Below, one piece after another: positions 12,013-26,457 of a DNA stretch of 64,000 bases. The translations under genes were made by a program, and so were the position numbers. Numbering within the stretch: position 1 is the first letter of the stretch; the number at the start of each line of letters is the position of its first letter. The notes beneath the pieces were generated by a model. It searched no databases, was not told the DNA's origin, and saw only the letters and a program-made list of their open reading frames with translations. The stretch is from Chiloscyllium plagiosum (taxonomy: Eukaryota), in contig NC_057750.1 of the NCBI RefSeq assembly GCF_004010195.1, positions 6,846,554 through 6,910,553 of the forward strand. The letters run 5' to 3'.

Positions 12013-14582
12013 CTGGATCGAATGGTTAAGGTAACAATACAAGGAGACTGAAGTCAGTGTACCACTGTACAGAACAGTGTACAGTGGAATCCTCATGGGG
12101 GTCAAACATCAGAGTCCTAGAACTGCATAGCACAGAAACAGACCCTTCAGTCCAACTTGTCCATGCCAACCAGATATCCTAACCTAATCTAGTCCAGTTT
12201 GCCACCAGTTGGCCCATATCCTTCTAAACCCTTCCTATTCATATACCCATCCAGATGCCTTTTAAATGCTGTAATTGTATCAGCCTCCACCACCTCCTCT
12301 GGTAGATCATTCCATACACGCACCACCCTCTGCATGAAAGTGATAAACTTTTGACATTTACAACAAAAGAGTTAAACATATGAAGAATAAAAGCATAGTC
12401 CGCAAACAGGAGATTTATCATGTTCACATTTCAGTCAATAATCAGTTTTGATTAACATGACCTGGAATGTTAACTTAGTATCTCTGTACAGAGATACTGT
12501 CTGAGCTGTAGACTATTTCCTGCTCTTAGTTCAGATTAGCAGCATGAGTGCAATTTTCTTTTGCACTGGATTCAAGAATGTTCATCTCAAAAAAAAAGAC
12601 ATCACTGCCAGGGAAAAAAAAAAGTTTAAAAATAATAAAATATATTTATCCTCAACATTAAGGGCTTGTAAACACGTGTAAAAGTAGTTGCAAATTAGTC
12701 CGTCAAAGAAATGGTCAATTTTTAAACCAGTGAGATTTGAGAGGTTGAGACTTATTCCCCATCACCACCCAAACCCATGAACTCTAACCATGTAGAAGGG
12801 CAAAGTCAGAGGACAGCAGGTTATGGTCCAACCTGCAGGTTATTCAAAAATCACAGGCTTTCAGAGCACTGCCCCTTTGTCACCTGTGATTTCAAATAAA
12901 CCTGTTGGACTACAAGTTGGTGTCGCGAGACGTCCGATTTTGCCCAACCCAGTCCGACACCGGAGCCTTCACAAATCACCTCCACAAAATCGTGTTGAAG
13001 AGCAGCAGCTAACTGGGAGCGCCACCACCCTTCTGTTTCTCGCTAAGCCATTCACCATCTCCATTTAGCATTGGATCAGCCATTCCCTCACCATCGGATT
13101 AAAACCCTAGAAATTCCTCCCCCATCAGCCCAGCGGGTGCCCCTACACCCGAAGAAATGCCATGGTTCAAGAAAGCAGCTTACCACTAGCTGACCTAGCT
13201 AGTGACGCCCGTATCTCAGAAATAGACAAATGCCCTTTGCCATCAATCGCTCTTTTGATTCGGAGATGCTGGTGTTGGACTGGGGTGTACAAAGTTAAAA
13301 ATCACACAACTCCAGGTTATAGTCCAACAGGTTTAATTGGAAGCACTAGCTTTCAGAGCGCTGCTCCTTCATCAGCTGGTTGTGGAGTATAAGATTGTAA
13401 GATGCAGAATTTATAGCAAAAGTTTAGAGTGTGATGTAACTGAAATTATATATTGAAAATGACCTGGATTGTGTTATAATTTAATATATAATTTCAGTTA
13501 CATCACACTGTAAACTTTTGCTATAAATTCTGTGTCTTACAATCTTATACTCCACAACCACCTGATGAAGGAGCAGCGCTCTGAAGCTAGTGCTTCCAAT
13601 TAAACCTGTTGGACTATAACCTGGTGTTGTGTGATTTTTAATCTTGCAGAGTTGCCAGGCTGTTCCTGCCACCTGCAAACGAAAGTAAAACAAAAAATCT
13701 CAGAATTATTAGATGCAAACGAAGACCATTTAATCTATTGGGCCTGCACTAGATCTTCAAAACGAGCATCAATACATTGAACCTGTCTCCTGCTGTTTCA
13801 ACCCTTGTTTCTAATCTAAACTGGATTGGCTGACCCATTGAGCACAATAGCCACCTGGATGGCCTGCTGTTCTATGTATAACACGGTGGTTTGTACCAGA
13901 GGCAGTTTGATTTCCGCAGTGAGAGAGGGTGGCAAGCACAAAATATATTGGATTTCAACCAAAAATATCAGGAGGTACGTGAAAAAGAAAAAGCTTACAG
14001 GCCAGAAGTCAGCGTTTACACAAGATTGACCGTGACTCATATGTCTAGTAGGCATTTTTAATGTAGGATAGATATTCTGCAATGCAATGATTTGAGACAG
14101 AGATAGGATTTCTCGTCAGCAACAAACCACCCAGAAACTCCTGGAGAAGCTCAGCAGGTTTGACAGCATCCAGAAAGAAATCAGAGTTAACGTTTCAGGT
14201 CGAATGACCCTTCCTGAGAACTGATGGGTGAGGAAAAGTCACCTGACCTGAAACATTAACCCTGATGTCTCTCCACAGCTGCTGCCAGACCTGCTGAGCT
14301 TCTCACAGCATCCACAGTTTTTTTTTCCAGTTTTTAAATAGGTTGTCTGGTGGAGGAGAGCATAAACTCCTAAAACAAAAAAAATGAGAGATGAAAGCGA
14401 CACCAGCCAGAATACAAACTGCAGGAAACTCTGGATCCTGCTATCCACTGAAGTGAGAGGCAGAAACTCACTAGAAAAGTGAGAATTAAGAAATATTTAA
14501 GTGGCTATTTTGCAGATCCTGCAACACATTGGAAAGCATCTGAAAAGGAAAAGAAACAAATCTGTTGTAAGGTGGAGGATAC
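12013..14582 (-). other. U12-type (minor spliceosome) GT-AG intron
   Basis: 5' end GTATCCTC; CCTTAAC branch site at 12031-12025, 12 nt from the exon; no polypyrimidine tract. Confidence 0.85.
13256..13645. mobile_element. Family-B Penelope-derived inverted-repeat element
   Basis: Arms containing aaaaatcacacaac(t/a)ccaggttatagtccaacaggtttaattggaagcactagc in inverted orientation; degenerate CTGATGAAGGAGC...GCTC(C)GAAAGCTA core; other copies at ~7400, 12815, 19230, 39026 and 42750. Confidence 0.7.
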
Positions 14583-14712
14583 ACCCATTCCATCTTCAGT
14601 TTGCAGGCTGGTAATTCAGTCGTGGCCTGCAACTTGTATGTTCCAGTCAGTGCCTGTGGCATGTACAGAGAGATGGGTCGGCCACGTAGGAACATCTTCA
14701 CATAGCCATCCT
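14583..14712 (-). CDS. eml2: EML HELP-domain exon (E)DGYVKMFLRGRPISLYMPQALTGTYKLQATTELPACKLKMEW(V)
   Basis: 130 bp, tacag| acceptor and GT|GTATCCT donor (U12-like), phase 1 to 2; contains 'VKMFLRGRP' and 'LK.EWV' motifs. Confidence 0.95.
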
Positions 14713-17700
14713 CTGTAAAAACAACAGCAGAGAGAGAGAGAGAAAAAAGAAGAGGGTGAGACACACAGTGACCGGCTGTCTGCTTCTAAAGCAGAAAGAG
14801 TTATCCCGCTTCATCACCTTCAGAAATCAATCCTCAGGTACTGCACCACCTCACCTTCAGGAAACATCTGGAGAAATTTTTAAAATGGCAAACCTGCCGA
14901 TACAAATGGAAATTAGAATGCGGCTCTGATGACTGCAGCTCAGTGGATAGCAGGTCCTGTTGCGAATGAAGGAGGTTGCAGGTTCAATTCCTGCTCGAAT
15001 TGTCTACAGTGTGCAACCCAGACAGAAAACAAGTGCAGTACTGGCAATGCTGAGTAGCATCACTACCTCCAAGCCAGGAGGCCCAGGTTCAAGTCCCACC
15101 CACTCCAGAGGGATGTAATAACATCCAAAAAGGCTAGAGTTATAGAGATGTCCAGCACAGAAACAGACCCTTCAGTCCAACCCGCTCATGCTGACCAGAT
15201 ATCCTAAATTAATCTAGTCGCATTTGGCTCAAATCCCTCTAAACTTTATAAAATCATAAAAAAAAAAGAGTCATGGATAGGGTAAACAGACAAGGGGTGG
15301 GTGAGTCCTTAACTTTAGGGCATAGATTTAGGGTGAGAGGGGAAGATATAAGAGACCTAACGGGCAATCCTTTCACCCAGAGGGTGGTGTGTGTATGGAA
15401 CGAGCTGCCAGAGGAAGTGGTGAAGGAGGGTACAATTACAACATTTAAAAGGCATCTGTTATATGATTATTGTATATGTATAGGAAGGGTTTGGAGGAAT
15501 ATGGGCTGGGTACCAGCAAGTGGGACTAGATTAGATTGGGATATCTGGTTGGCATGGAGATGTTGTACATCTCTAAGACTCTACAAACTTTTCCTATTCA
15601 TATCCCCATCCAGATACCTTTTAAATACTGTAATTGTACCAGACTCCAGATTTGGGAATCATCCAACCTGAGGAAGGGACTTTGGGTTTTCATTCATGGA
15701 TAATGTGAATACTATCCTGACAGAACGCTGCACCATCTCCAATGCCAACTTTGATGAACCCAAAAAAAGGTTCCATCCGCTCTCAAAAGTGGTTGTAAAG
15801 ATCTGGTGGCATTACAGGGTGACCCCTGTATCCGTGGAATTGTTTTCTGCAGTTTCCTGTGGGCTGAACATACTACAGGGAACCTTCTAGAAGCAGGAGG
15901 CTGTCGGGAAGGTAAATTTTCCCACTGAAATGAATGGGTTCACTCCTATCCCCGGTAGGTCAGGGAACCTACTATATTTTAAACAGAATGGAGGTCCCTC
16001 CTGATCAATCTCTATTTCTCAAAAGCATGGGTGTCCAAAAACCAAAACTACTACAGATGCTGGAAACCATAGCTAATAACAAACAGAAGGGAAAAAAAAA
16101 GAGGAATTCAGGTCAGGAAGCAGCTATGAGGAGAAACAGTTTGTTTCAGGTTAATGATCTCTCAGAATTTGTTCTAATGAGAGACCACCCAACTGAAATG
16201 ATTCAGGGAGGGAGGGAGAGAAACCAATATATCTTTTCCACGTGTGTGATCTCTGAAGATCTGAAAAAGGTCAACCTGAAACATTAACTGTTCCTCTTCA
16301 CAGCTGCTTCCGGATTTAAATTTTCCCTTTTCTTAAAAAAAAAAGAAATTGCTACTGGTTCAACCCAGTTTCCCACTTTCCGTTAACAATTTGAGAAGTT
16401 ATTTGACTGTGTAGAATTTTGGGATGGTCAGTGGATACAAACATTACCCACTTAAATGCAAGTGTTTAGCAAATCCATTTTGATATACATCAGAAGGAAT
16501 GCGGTGATCACAGCTCAAACATTTGAAGGTACATAGATTAGATTAGATTCTCTACAGCGTGGAAACAGGCCCTTCGGCCCAACTAGTCCACACCGACCCT
16601 CCAAAGAACAACTCATCCAGACCCATTCCCCTCTAAATAATGCACCTAACTCTATGGGTAATTTAGCAATTCACCTGACCTGCACATCTTTGGACTGTGG
16701 GACGAAACCACAACACCTGGAGGAAACCCACGCAGAGAATGTGCAAACTCCACACAGACAGTGGCCAGAGGCTGGAATCGAACCCGGGTCCCTGTAAGGC
16801 AGCAGTGCTAACCACTGAGCCACCATGCCGCCCCAGCTAGCTTTAAAAAAAATGGTGGGGTCTCTCTAAGAAGAGCATTTTTCCCCCACCCATCCCTCTT
16901 TCCAGATGTTGAGCATTTCTGAAACTTAGTCTAAAAACTTGGACTGGATGGTGGCTCAGTAGTTAGCGTTTCTGCCTCTCAGTACCAGGGATCGGAGTTC
17001 AATTCCACATTCTGGCAACTGTGTGGAGTTTGCACATTCCCCCTGTGTCTGTGCGGATTTCCTTCCAAAGATGGGCAGGTTAGGGTGGATAGGCCAGGCT
17101 AGGTTGCCCACAATGTCCAGGGATGTGCAGGCAAAGTGGATTAGTCATGGTAAATGTAGGCCTACAGGGATGGGGTGGGATGCTGTGCAGGTCAGTGTGG
17201 ACTGGATGGGCTGAATGGCCTGCCCCCACACTATAGGTATTCGAAACTATTGCAAGTGACACTGTCATATTCTAACTGGGTTTGCAAGTGTGTAAATCAC
17301 TCCAGATTGATCTCATCCATACTGCCATTGATTGTAACAGTGTGCTCATAGAGCACACAGAGGTTGTGAATAAGAGTTACATAGAACAAAAAGGATAACT
17401 CTTTATGGTTTTGTTATTGCTTTACTCTGGATTAATTACTGACAGACTCAAAGTCATTTACATTTGGGATTTTGGCCAAAATCCCAATCATTTACAGCTG
17501 GAAGGGTCTGTCAAAAGGACATACATAAAGCATGGAACCTGAACAAGTCAGTAACAGGAGACACACTGACTCATCTGATCATTAACTCGAAGTTCTACAT
17601 CCTAACAGTGAACATAGTAAGTTGGTTATAAAAGGATGCCATTGATCACTTTGCCCTGGGCAAGCCCAGTACAGAAAACTGTCCAAATGAATTTGGAGGA

Positions 17701-20700
17701 CACAAGTGAAGAAATAAATATGCTCAATGATTTTGTAATAAAAAAGTTTAATGATGTGAGTAGTTAAAGATGGGATAGTAGGCAGATAGGACAAGGCTAG
17801 AAGGCTGACGAGGTCATAGCAGACATCGGTGTTTATATAGCAACATAAAGTGTCAAAAAGGAAAAGCAGAGACAGAATACCTGACCTCATGCTTGCTAGT
17901 CTAGCCGTTACAGATTCACCTGTCCATGACAGTACTGAGGGAGCACTATAGTCCCTGGAGATGAGGCCCAGTCTGTATAGTGACGATACCCTTTCTCATC
18001 TGTCCAATGGGACAGTTGTTTTCCCCCTACCCCCATTCACTCATGGGACATTGGCATCTCTGGCTAAACCAGTATTTATTGCCCAACGGGCAGTCAAGAG
18101 TCAGCCACATTGCTATGGGTCTGGAGTCGCGTGTAGGCCAGACGAGGTAAGGATGGCAGTTTCCTTCCCTAAAGAACACTTAGTGAACCAGATGGGTTTT
18201 TCTGACAAATCAGTGGTTATGGTCATTATTAGACTTTTAATTCCAGATTTTTTTTTTTATAAAACAGAATTCAAGTTCCAACAGCTGCCATGGCAGGATT
18301 TGAACCTGGATCCCCAGGTTACTTGGTTTCACAGATTCTGACTACAGCTAGCAACTCAAAACCCAGCATTCGTGAGGTGCTATGGACCATCAGCAGATTT
18401 GTGTTCATTCATAATCTGGAACCTCATGATCCAGCATATCTCCATTCTACTGGTGGTGCCATCAGGCTGGGAGGTGGGGGGAGGGGCTGGTTGATGATTA
18501 TCCATGGTTCCAAAGAGCATCACCGCAGGGCATGCCAGGAGCAGTACAAAGCATTGTCTTTGTGATGTGACAATACTGGAATACTTGCACGATAAACAGC
18601 AGAATCGGCTTACAATAGACAGAGCCAAGAGGTCTCAAAAACAATGAATCCTTACTGGTTGGAGTCATAACCAATGCTAAGGAAGCCAGTCATTGTTGGA
18701 GGTCAATCCTCCCTCTGGGACATTTCTGCAGGAGTTCCTCAGGGCAATGTCCTCAGCTCAAACCAACATCTTTAATGACCTTCCCTCTAACACAAGGTCA
18801 GAAGTGAGGATGTTTGCAATGGTGCAATTGATCAGCACCATTTGTGAATCTTCAGGTCCTGAAGCAGTCCAATGTCCAAACGCAACAAGACCTAGACAGT
18901 CAGGCTTGGGCGGATGATCGGAACGTTGCTTGCCACTTAAGTGCGAGAGAATGACCATCTGATTATTACCATCACTGAATGCCCCACTATCAAACAATCT
19001 GGGGCTTACCATTGACCATGGACTAGCCATATCAATACAGTGGCTACAGAGAGTAGCTCAGAGGCTGGGAATCCTGCAGTGAGTAACTTGCCTCCTGACA
19101 CCCCCCCCCCCCAAAGCCTGTCCACCAATCAGGAGTGTTACAGAACACTCCCCACTTGCCCTGGACGGGTGCAGCTCCAACCCCACTCAAGAAGCTTAAC
19201 ACCATCCAGGACAAAGCAACCTCATTTGATTGGATTAAAAATCACAACACCAGATTATAGTCCAACAGGTTTAATTGGAAGCAAATCATTTGATTGGTAT
19301 CACATTTGCTACCTTCCAAAATTCATCCCCTCCACCGCCAAAAACAGTAGCAGCAGCAAGTATCATCTACGAGACACACTGCAACAACCCTCCAAGGCCT
19401 CCCTGACAGCATTTTCCAAACCTGTGACCTCTATCTCCTGGAAGGACAAGGGCAGCAGATACATGGGAACACCACCCCCCTGCAAAGTTCCTCCCTCAAC
19501 CACTCACCATCCTGACTTGGAAATATATCAGCATTCCTTCAGTGTTGCTGGGTCAAAACTCACAGCTCCCTCCCTCCCACTACACAGTCTACATAGTGTT
19601 CCAAAACAAGAGGCAGCTCACCAAACCCACTCCCCCTCCAGGGCAATAAATACTGGCCTATTTAATAATACCATCATCCCACAAAACAAATTTAATTTAA
19701 AAACCCCAAATTCTCACCCTGTTTCAAATCTCTCCATGGGGTTGTCTTCCCCAATCTCTAATGTCCTCCAGTTCAACAGCAGATCTCTGGCCTGTTGCGT
19801 CTACCCAATGTAAACACTTCATGGGTGATTGTCCCTTCAGCTGCCTGGCTCCAACCCCTGCAATTCCTGTCCTACACTTTTCCACCTCAATTTTCTCCTT
19901 TAAAACACCCTTAAAAGCCTACTTTAGCTGCACTTAAGACCCGTTATTAGATCATAGTCATTCCGAGCTCTTTTATAGCATTTCTATAGCTTTTATAATG
20001 TGGAGAGAAGATTGCATATTGCCCAAGGGGCTAGATAAATACAAATAGATCGGTTTTTAACATACTCATTCAGGCTACAGAAAGCGCCTTGGTTTTTGTC
20101 AGGGGCAGTGGTCCTTATGTCACTTGGTGATGAATGAGAGATGTGGACAACCTACTAGTAATGGGTCAACTGGTAAGAAGAATTGCATTGATCAGAGATC
20201 TGTTTGTAGTATTACCTGGCCACCAGATAAAATTCCCCATCAGCAGCATGTTCTGGCAAGATGATGCATGCCAGGTATCAAGGCCATGTCCAGCAGAATT
20301 TCAGCTTGACCAGGTCAGTCATACAGTTTGGACAGGGCCTTCTGGATACTCTAGGCTGTGCCCTTCAGATCAGAAGAACTTGCACCTCTAGATATCCCAA
20401 AACGTTGACAAAGATGGTCTGAAAAATCCAACCTCAGAGCTTGCAAGCTGGAGCCCCAAGACACAGGGTAAAACAACTTGAACAGAAACTCCTCCATGTG
20501 GCTCTATTGAGTGACTGCAACATTTGGAGGGAGAAGAGAAAGTCAAGCATATTTAGGATGAGGGAATACACCAGAAAAACATCGCTATCTGTCCCTCCAA
20601 AACAAGTTTCACATGCAGCGCTTGTAATTAGATATGCAAATCAAGGTGTGGTCCAATGTCACAGGAGACATCAGCCTGGATTGTAACTGTTTCATTTCAG

Positions 20701-22527
20701 CTGGAACTTTGTCTGAAGTGATGGGAGAACCCATTGTTCTTGGTGTACTGTCACACCCCATTTGGGAACGTGAGCGGAGACAAGCCCCGCTCTTCCTATG
20801 GCTGTCACTGAAATTAAAGATTTAATCAAAATGTACAAAGCACCTAATTTGCCAAACTGAAAACACTGATTCCTGTTATGACCTACTAAACTATTACAAA
20901 TAAGTTCTAGCCACAAGTAAACAAAAATGAACTCCCAACTACTAGTTGAAACTAACCCCCTTTGTAAACACTAAACAATGGGCGTTATAGGTGAAAGGAA
21001 AACTCTGGGGAAACAGTTCAATAGCACCAGTCCACAGGCTTCAATGAGAAGTTTGTTGTTTTCCTTCCTTCTGTTCTGTTCTTCATCCAAGCTCTTGGTC
21101 AAAGAGGTACAGTGGATGGATACACTTTTCAGTTTCACAAATCACCAGTTAGAGACAGCAGCTTAGAGCAAGAGGTAGAGAGAGAGTCTGACCTCGGAAA
21201 GACCTGGTTCAAGTCTCACCAGCCCTGGAGAGGTGTCATAGCATATCTGACCAGGGTGATTTCAGTAAAGTTAAAATGATCCTATTGGATCTAGTATAGA
21301 TCTGACGCAGAGACATGGAGACCTTCAAAAAGCATTTCATTGACTGGAGTGCTCTTTGGGAAGCCTTGTGAACCAAGAGTTTCAGGTTCAGGTCCCACCC
21401 AATGGGTGTTTTATTGCAACACGCCCAAACCACTTGGTTATCAAGCTGCATCTCCACAGCGGGCAATAAGTGGGAGAGTCTCCCAATCAGCCAGGACTGA
21501 TGTGGAATGGCCTCGCCTTAAACTACAGCATCTAGTCCCCTGTTCCAGAGAAAACAAGCTATGGGAACACAAAAGCACATGTGTTTTTTTCCTTGCCTTG
21601 TATGTTACTAGGCTTGGGAAGAAAGTGACACACAAGTGCTTTGGAATGTCCGTACTTGCAAAAACAACTCAGTTGAAATGTTAACATGGAGGGGCCATGG
21701 TGTTATTGCTGGACTATTGATCTGGATAATGTTCTGGGGACCTGGGTTCGAATCTCACCATGGCAGGATGGTGGAATTTGAATTCAATAAAAAGAAAATC
21801 TGGAATTAAGAGTCTAATGATAACCATGGGTCCATGGTCGGTTGTCAGGAAAATCCCATCTGGGTCACTAACCCCTTTTAGGGAAGGAAGCTGCCATTCT
21901 TATCTCGTCTGGCCGACAGAAGGCACGGGGCGGCATGGTGGCTTAGTGGTTAGCCCTGCTGCCTCAGCACCAGGCTCCCAGGTTCAATTCCAGCCTCAGG
22001 CGACTGTGTGGAGTTTGCACATTCTCTCCCGGTGCTCCGGTTTCCTCCCACAGTCCAAAGATGTGCAGGTTCAGGTGAATTGGCCATGCTAAATTACCCA
22101 AAGTGCTAGATGCATTAGTCAGAGGGAAATGGTTCTGGGTGGGTTATTCTTCGGAGGGTCAGTGTGGACTGGTTGGGCTGAAGGGCCTGTTTCCACACTG
22201 TAGGGAATCTAATCTACATGTGACTCCAGACCCACAGCAATGGGATTGACTCTTAACTGCCCTCTGGATAATAAATGCTGGGCCTAGCCAGTGACACCCT
22301 CATCCTGTGAATTAATAAAGAAAAATTCCACAGTGTATGATGCACTTCAGAAAGATTTGTGCAGAGAATTAAGGCTCAGATAGAGTCAATTCTTGTTTGC
22401 CTGCATTCAACAGTCCAGCTTAAAATGCAGTTCAGATGTAGAAATGATGGGACAACACTCCTGTCAAAGCCATGATCAACAGCCAAAGTAAATCTGTGAA
22501 ACAAAATTAGTGCAGTGTCTTAAATAA

Positions 22528-23220
22528 AGACCAAAGAAAATTTACAGCCCAGGAACAGGCCCTTCGGCCCTCCAAGCCTGAGCCAATCCAAATCCACTGA
22601 CTAAACCTATCGCCCAATTCCTAAGCATCTGTATCCCTCTGCTCCCCTCCTACTCATGCATCTGTCCAGACGCACCTTAAATGAATCCCCCGTTTCTGCC
22701 TCTACTGGCAACGTGTTCCAGGCACCTATCACCCTGTGTGAAGTACTTGCCGCGTGTATCCCCCTTAAACTTCTCACCTTGAAACATGACCTCCCGTTAT
22801 TGAATCCTTCACCCTGGGAAAAAGCTTATCTCTACCCTCGCTATACACTTCATTATTTTGTAAACCTCAATCAGGTTTCCCCTCCCCCCCCCCTCCCCCA
22901 CAGATCTCCTTTTTTTCCCCCAATGAAAACAATCCTAACCTACTCAACCTCTTCATAGCGAGCACCTTCCATACCATCCTCAAACCTTCTCTGCACCCTC
23001 TCCAAAGCGCCTACACCCTTTTGGTATGTGGCAACCGGAACGGTACACAGTATTCTAAATGCGGCAGAACCAAAGTCTTGTACAATTTTAACATGACCTG
23101 CCAGCTCTTATACTCAATACCACGTCCGATGAAGGCAACCATACCATATGCCTTCTTGACCACTCTATCCACCTGTGCAGCAACATTCAGGGTACAATGG
23201 ACCTGCGCTCCCAGATCTCA
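22528..23220 (-). mobile_element. CR1 3' fragment
   Basis: Minus strand encodes 'LYKTLVLPHLEYCVPFRLP' with a CR1-type 3' UTR. Confidence 0.8.
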
Positions 23221-24294
23221 AGCTTAAAAGCATGTAGCCGATGTCCTGAAGAGAGACATGTGTACAGCTAGACCAGTATATTTACCAGTAAATGTATTAA
23301 TAACAGTTGTATTTAATTTTTACTTCTAAGCCAATTGGATGGAGAAAGGCAAAGACACCTAACTTTTCTTCATTTAGAGTTTGGCTTGTTTCGTCTTACT
23401 CCTCATGGAGATTTTCTAAATATAGAAAGAGCTTGTTTAGCAATATTACAGACTCATCTGGGGAGCAGGTGCGACTTGAGTCTGGGCCTCCTGATTCAGA
23501 TGTAGTGACACTACCACTGCACCAGAGCAACCACCCCTTTGTCTAATAATCTGTGCTCAAGCTTGCTTTTCTAAAAGAAAACTAGCCTGTTTCTTAATCA
23601 ACCTGTTCAGAGATGTTATTACACACCTCTGGAGCAGGTGGGTGTGGATTCTGGGCCCTTCAGTCCAGGGGTAGGGACACTACCACTGCACCACAGGAGG
23701 ACCTTTGCTCAAGTTCCCTTACATGTACTCAAAGATAATTAAAGCCAACCAATCTTCAATGACATTGACAAAAACCAAGCCTTTTCTTTTCGTAAGAGAT
23801 CGTATATGAAGTGCAACTTAGAAGCAGCTGTGTTCAAGTGGTAACGGTCTATCAAGTTATGGTTGGTGTTCAATGTTTGTCTTTCCAGAGGCAGTATCCA
23901 GTGGATGGGAAAATTAATGACGAGAGTGTTTTAATGCTATGTTAAAAAAATCAATGAGGGGATCATGCCTTTACCACAGGGAGGGGCAGAGACAATCAAG
24001 TCAAGCTTCAACTATTCCACTGGGTAGCTGACTTCCTATTGAAGTGATATGCATTAAATCAACAACTCATTTCATACAATATTCATGAACTGCAGCTGGA
24101 TGGCATCCAGCTTAGAGACGTCCATTTCCGCATAAAATGGTTCTTTTAAAAACACAAAGGGCCTTTGGCCTAGCACTTTGGAAATTAGTCCCACATTCGC
24201 ACAGCCATTGGAAAATAAAATAGCTATGCAATTAAACCTGCTTTCACAGAGGGGAACAGGCTTCACTAGTCCAGGAGTCTAGGTCAAGGGAGAG

Positions 24295-25930
24295 ATTTAG
24301 AGTCAGAGTTGTACAGCACAGAAACTGACCCATTGTATCAACTCGTTCATGCCAACCAGATATCCAAGATTAATCTAAGTTAAAAAAAAAAATCACAACA
24401 CCAGGTTATAGTCCAACAGGTTTATTTGGAAGCATTAGCTTTCAGGGCGTTGCTCCTTCATCAAGTAGTCGCGGAGTATAAGATTGTAAGATGCAGAATT
24501 TATAGCAAAAGTTTACACTGCGTGATGTGACTACAGTTGGGGAACACTTCATCAGTCTGGGACATTCGATCTTCAGGTGACCATCCTCCAAAGCCGACTT
24601 CAGGACAGGCAATACCATAAAGTGGCCGAGCAGAGGCTGATAGCCAAGTTGGGTACCCCGTTGGGATGGCCTCAACCAGGACCTGGGGTTCATGTCACAC
24701 TACAGGTTACCCCAATGCACTATACTCAGACCCTCCCACATACGCTCACACATACACAGCCCCCCCTCTCCACAGACTTCTACCCCTTTACACTCAAGTT
24801 TGTGGGGTGAAGTTGTACTTGCAGAATTACATTTTATTTTGCACAAAAACTGCATTAATCCATGCAAGATTCTATAAATCCCTTTAGGGATAGAATTAGG
24901 CTGAACATTGGGACACAGACAGATTTTAACCTCACCTTCAATGCATTATCGGTGCTGACATGGCACCTATTGTTAAAGTTCATTTGAGAATGGAGTTTTA
25001 AAAAAGTTCTGGGTTTACATATGAAAGAACTGAAGCCATTCTAAAAGCTGAGAGACTTAACAATCTAAGTCTTTTTCAATACATCATTTGAGTTGCACCA
25101 CACTAAACGTTTGCTTAGATCTTACAATCCATTTCCGCATAAAATGGTTCTTTTAAAAACACAAAGGGCCTTTGGCCTAGCACTTTGGAAATTAGTCCCA
25201 CATTCGCACAGCCATATCTAATACAGATACGTTTGGAAAATAAAACAGCTTTGCAATTAAATCTGCTTTCACAGAGGGGAACAGGCTTCACTAGTCCAGG
25301 AGTCTAGGTCAAGGGAGAGATTTAGAGTCAGAGTTGGGGAGTCAGAGTTGTTCTTACGATCTTATACTCCACAGCTACCTGATGAAGGAGCGGCACTCCG
25401 AAAGTTAGTTCTTCCAAATAAACCTGTTGGACTATAACCTGGTGTTGTGTGATTTTTAAACTTTGTTCACCCCAGTCCAACACTGGCATCACCAAATCAA
25501 GATTAATCTAGTCCCATTTGCCAGCACTTGGCCCATATCTCTCCAAACCCTTCCTATTCATATACCCATCCAGATGCCTCTTAAATACTTTAATTGTACC
25601 AGCCTCCATCACTTCCTCTGGTAGCTCATTCCATACACATACCACCCTCTGCGTGCAAAAGTTGCCCCTCTTTTGTATCTTTCCCCTCTCACCCTATACC
25701 CTGTAGTTTTGGACTCCCCTACCTTGGGAAAAAGACCTGACTATTCATCCTATCCATACCCCTCCTGATTTTATAAACTTCTGTAAGGTCACCCCTCAGC
25801 CTCTGATGCTCCAGGGAAAACAGCCCCAACCTAGTCAGCCTCTCCAGATAGCTCAAACCCTCCAGCCTCAGCAACATCCTTGTAAACTTGAAATGATTCA
25901 GAGAAGATTTAACAACATCTTTCCTATAGC
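24295..25930 (-). mobile_element. CR1 3' fragment hosting the family-B Penelope element
   Basis: CR1 tail (agagtcagagttgtacagc...) and ORF2 end at 25510-25925. Confidence 0.75.
24378..25497 (+). mobile_element. 5'-truncated Penelope-like element (family B) with GIY-YIG C-terminal remnant and inverted 5' pLTR
   Basis: ~24535-24705 encodes 'VGEHF...VTILQ...VAEQRLIAKLGT...LNQDLGFMSHY' (frameshifted); hammerhead core at 25379; TSD caagattaatcta at 24365-24377 and 25498-25510. Confidence 0.72.
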
Positions 25931-26428
25931 AGGGAACATTGCCACACGATCAGGCAGAAGAGGTTTGGAATGACCTTCTGCCAATGGGTGATAGATTAAT
26001 TGTTATTTTTAAATCAAATGTTAGGGTATTCCTCCCCCACAAGGAGTATTAAAGGCAATAGAGGGTATATGGAGCTAGGTCACAGATAGGTCATGACCTG
26101 ATTGACTGGTCATGTAGGATTGAGGGGCTGAATGGCCTACTCCTGTTCCTACATGTTGAAGGTACACTCCAGTCCCTCCAGGGTGCCGATGTGGACTGTG
26201 ATCCCAAAGGCCTCTTGCATTGTAAGTTACTCGGAGATTGTAACTTCTTGTTTTTTGGGAGTTGAGCACTTATATTAAGGCTGATACTGTATTCAGATAC
26301 AGAAAAAAAATCTCATATCACCTTTATAACTGGTACAGAGCTCTGCTGGAAAGATTACTTTTATTACAGTCAGTCAATTTAGTTCCCTACAGTCACAAGA
26401 TGACTAAAGATGTAACATTAACACTCAC

Positions 26429-26457
26429 CTGCACTGAAGATGGAGTCTTTATGTTTG
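26429..26457 (-). CDS. eml2: 29-nt EML microexon KHKDSIFSA(E)
   Basis: ttttgcag|C AAA CAT AAA GAC TCC ATC TTC AGT GCA G|gtgagt; phase 2 to 1 joins the HELP exon in frame; resembles EML1 KPKEPVFSAE and EML2 KTKEVIFSVE. Confidence 0.85.

Noticed and set aside
19040..19813. 257-aa ORF
   Set aside because: Chance read-through of a degenerate LINE 3' region with a family-B insert, in a non-native frame.
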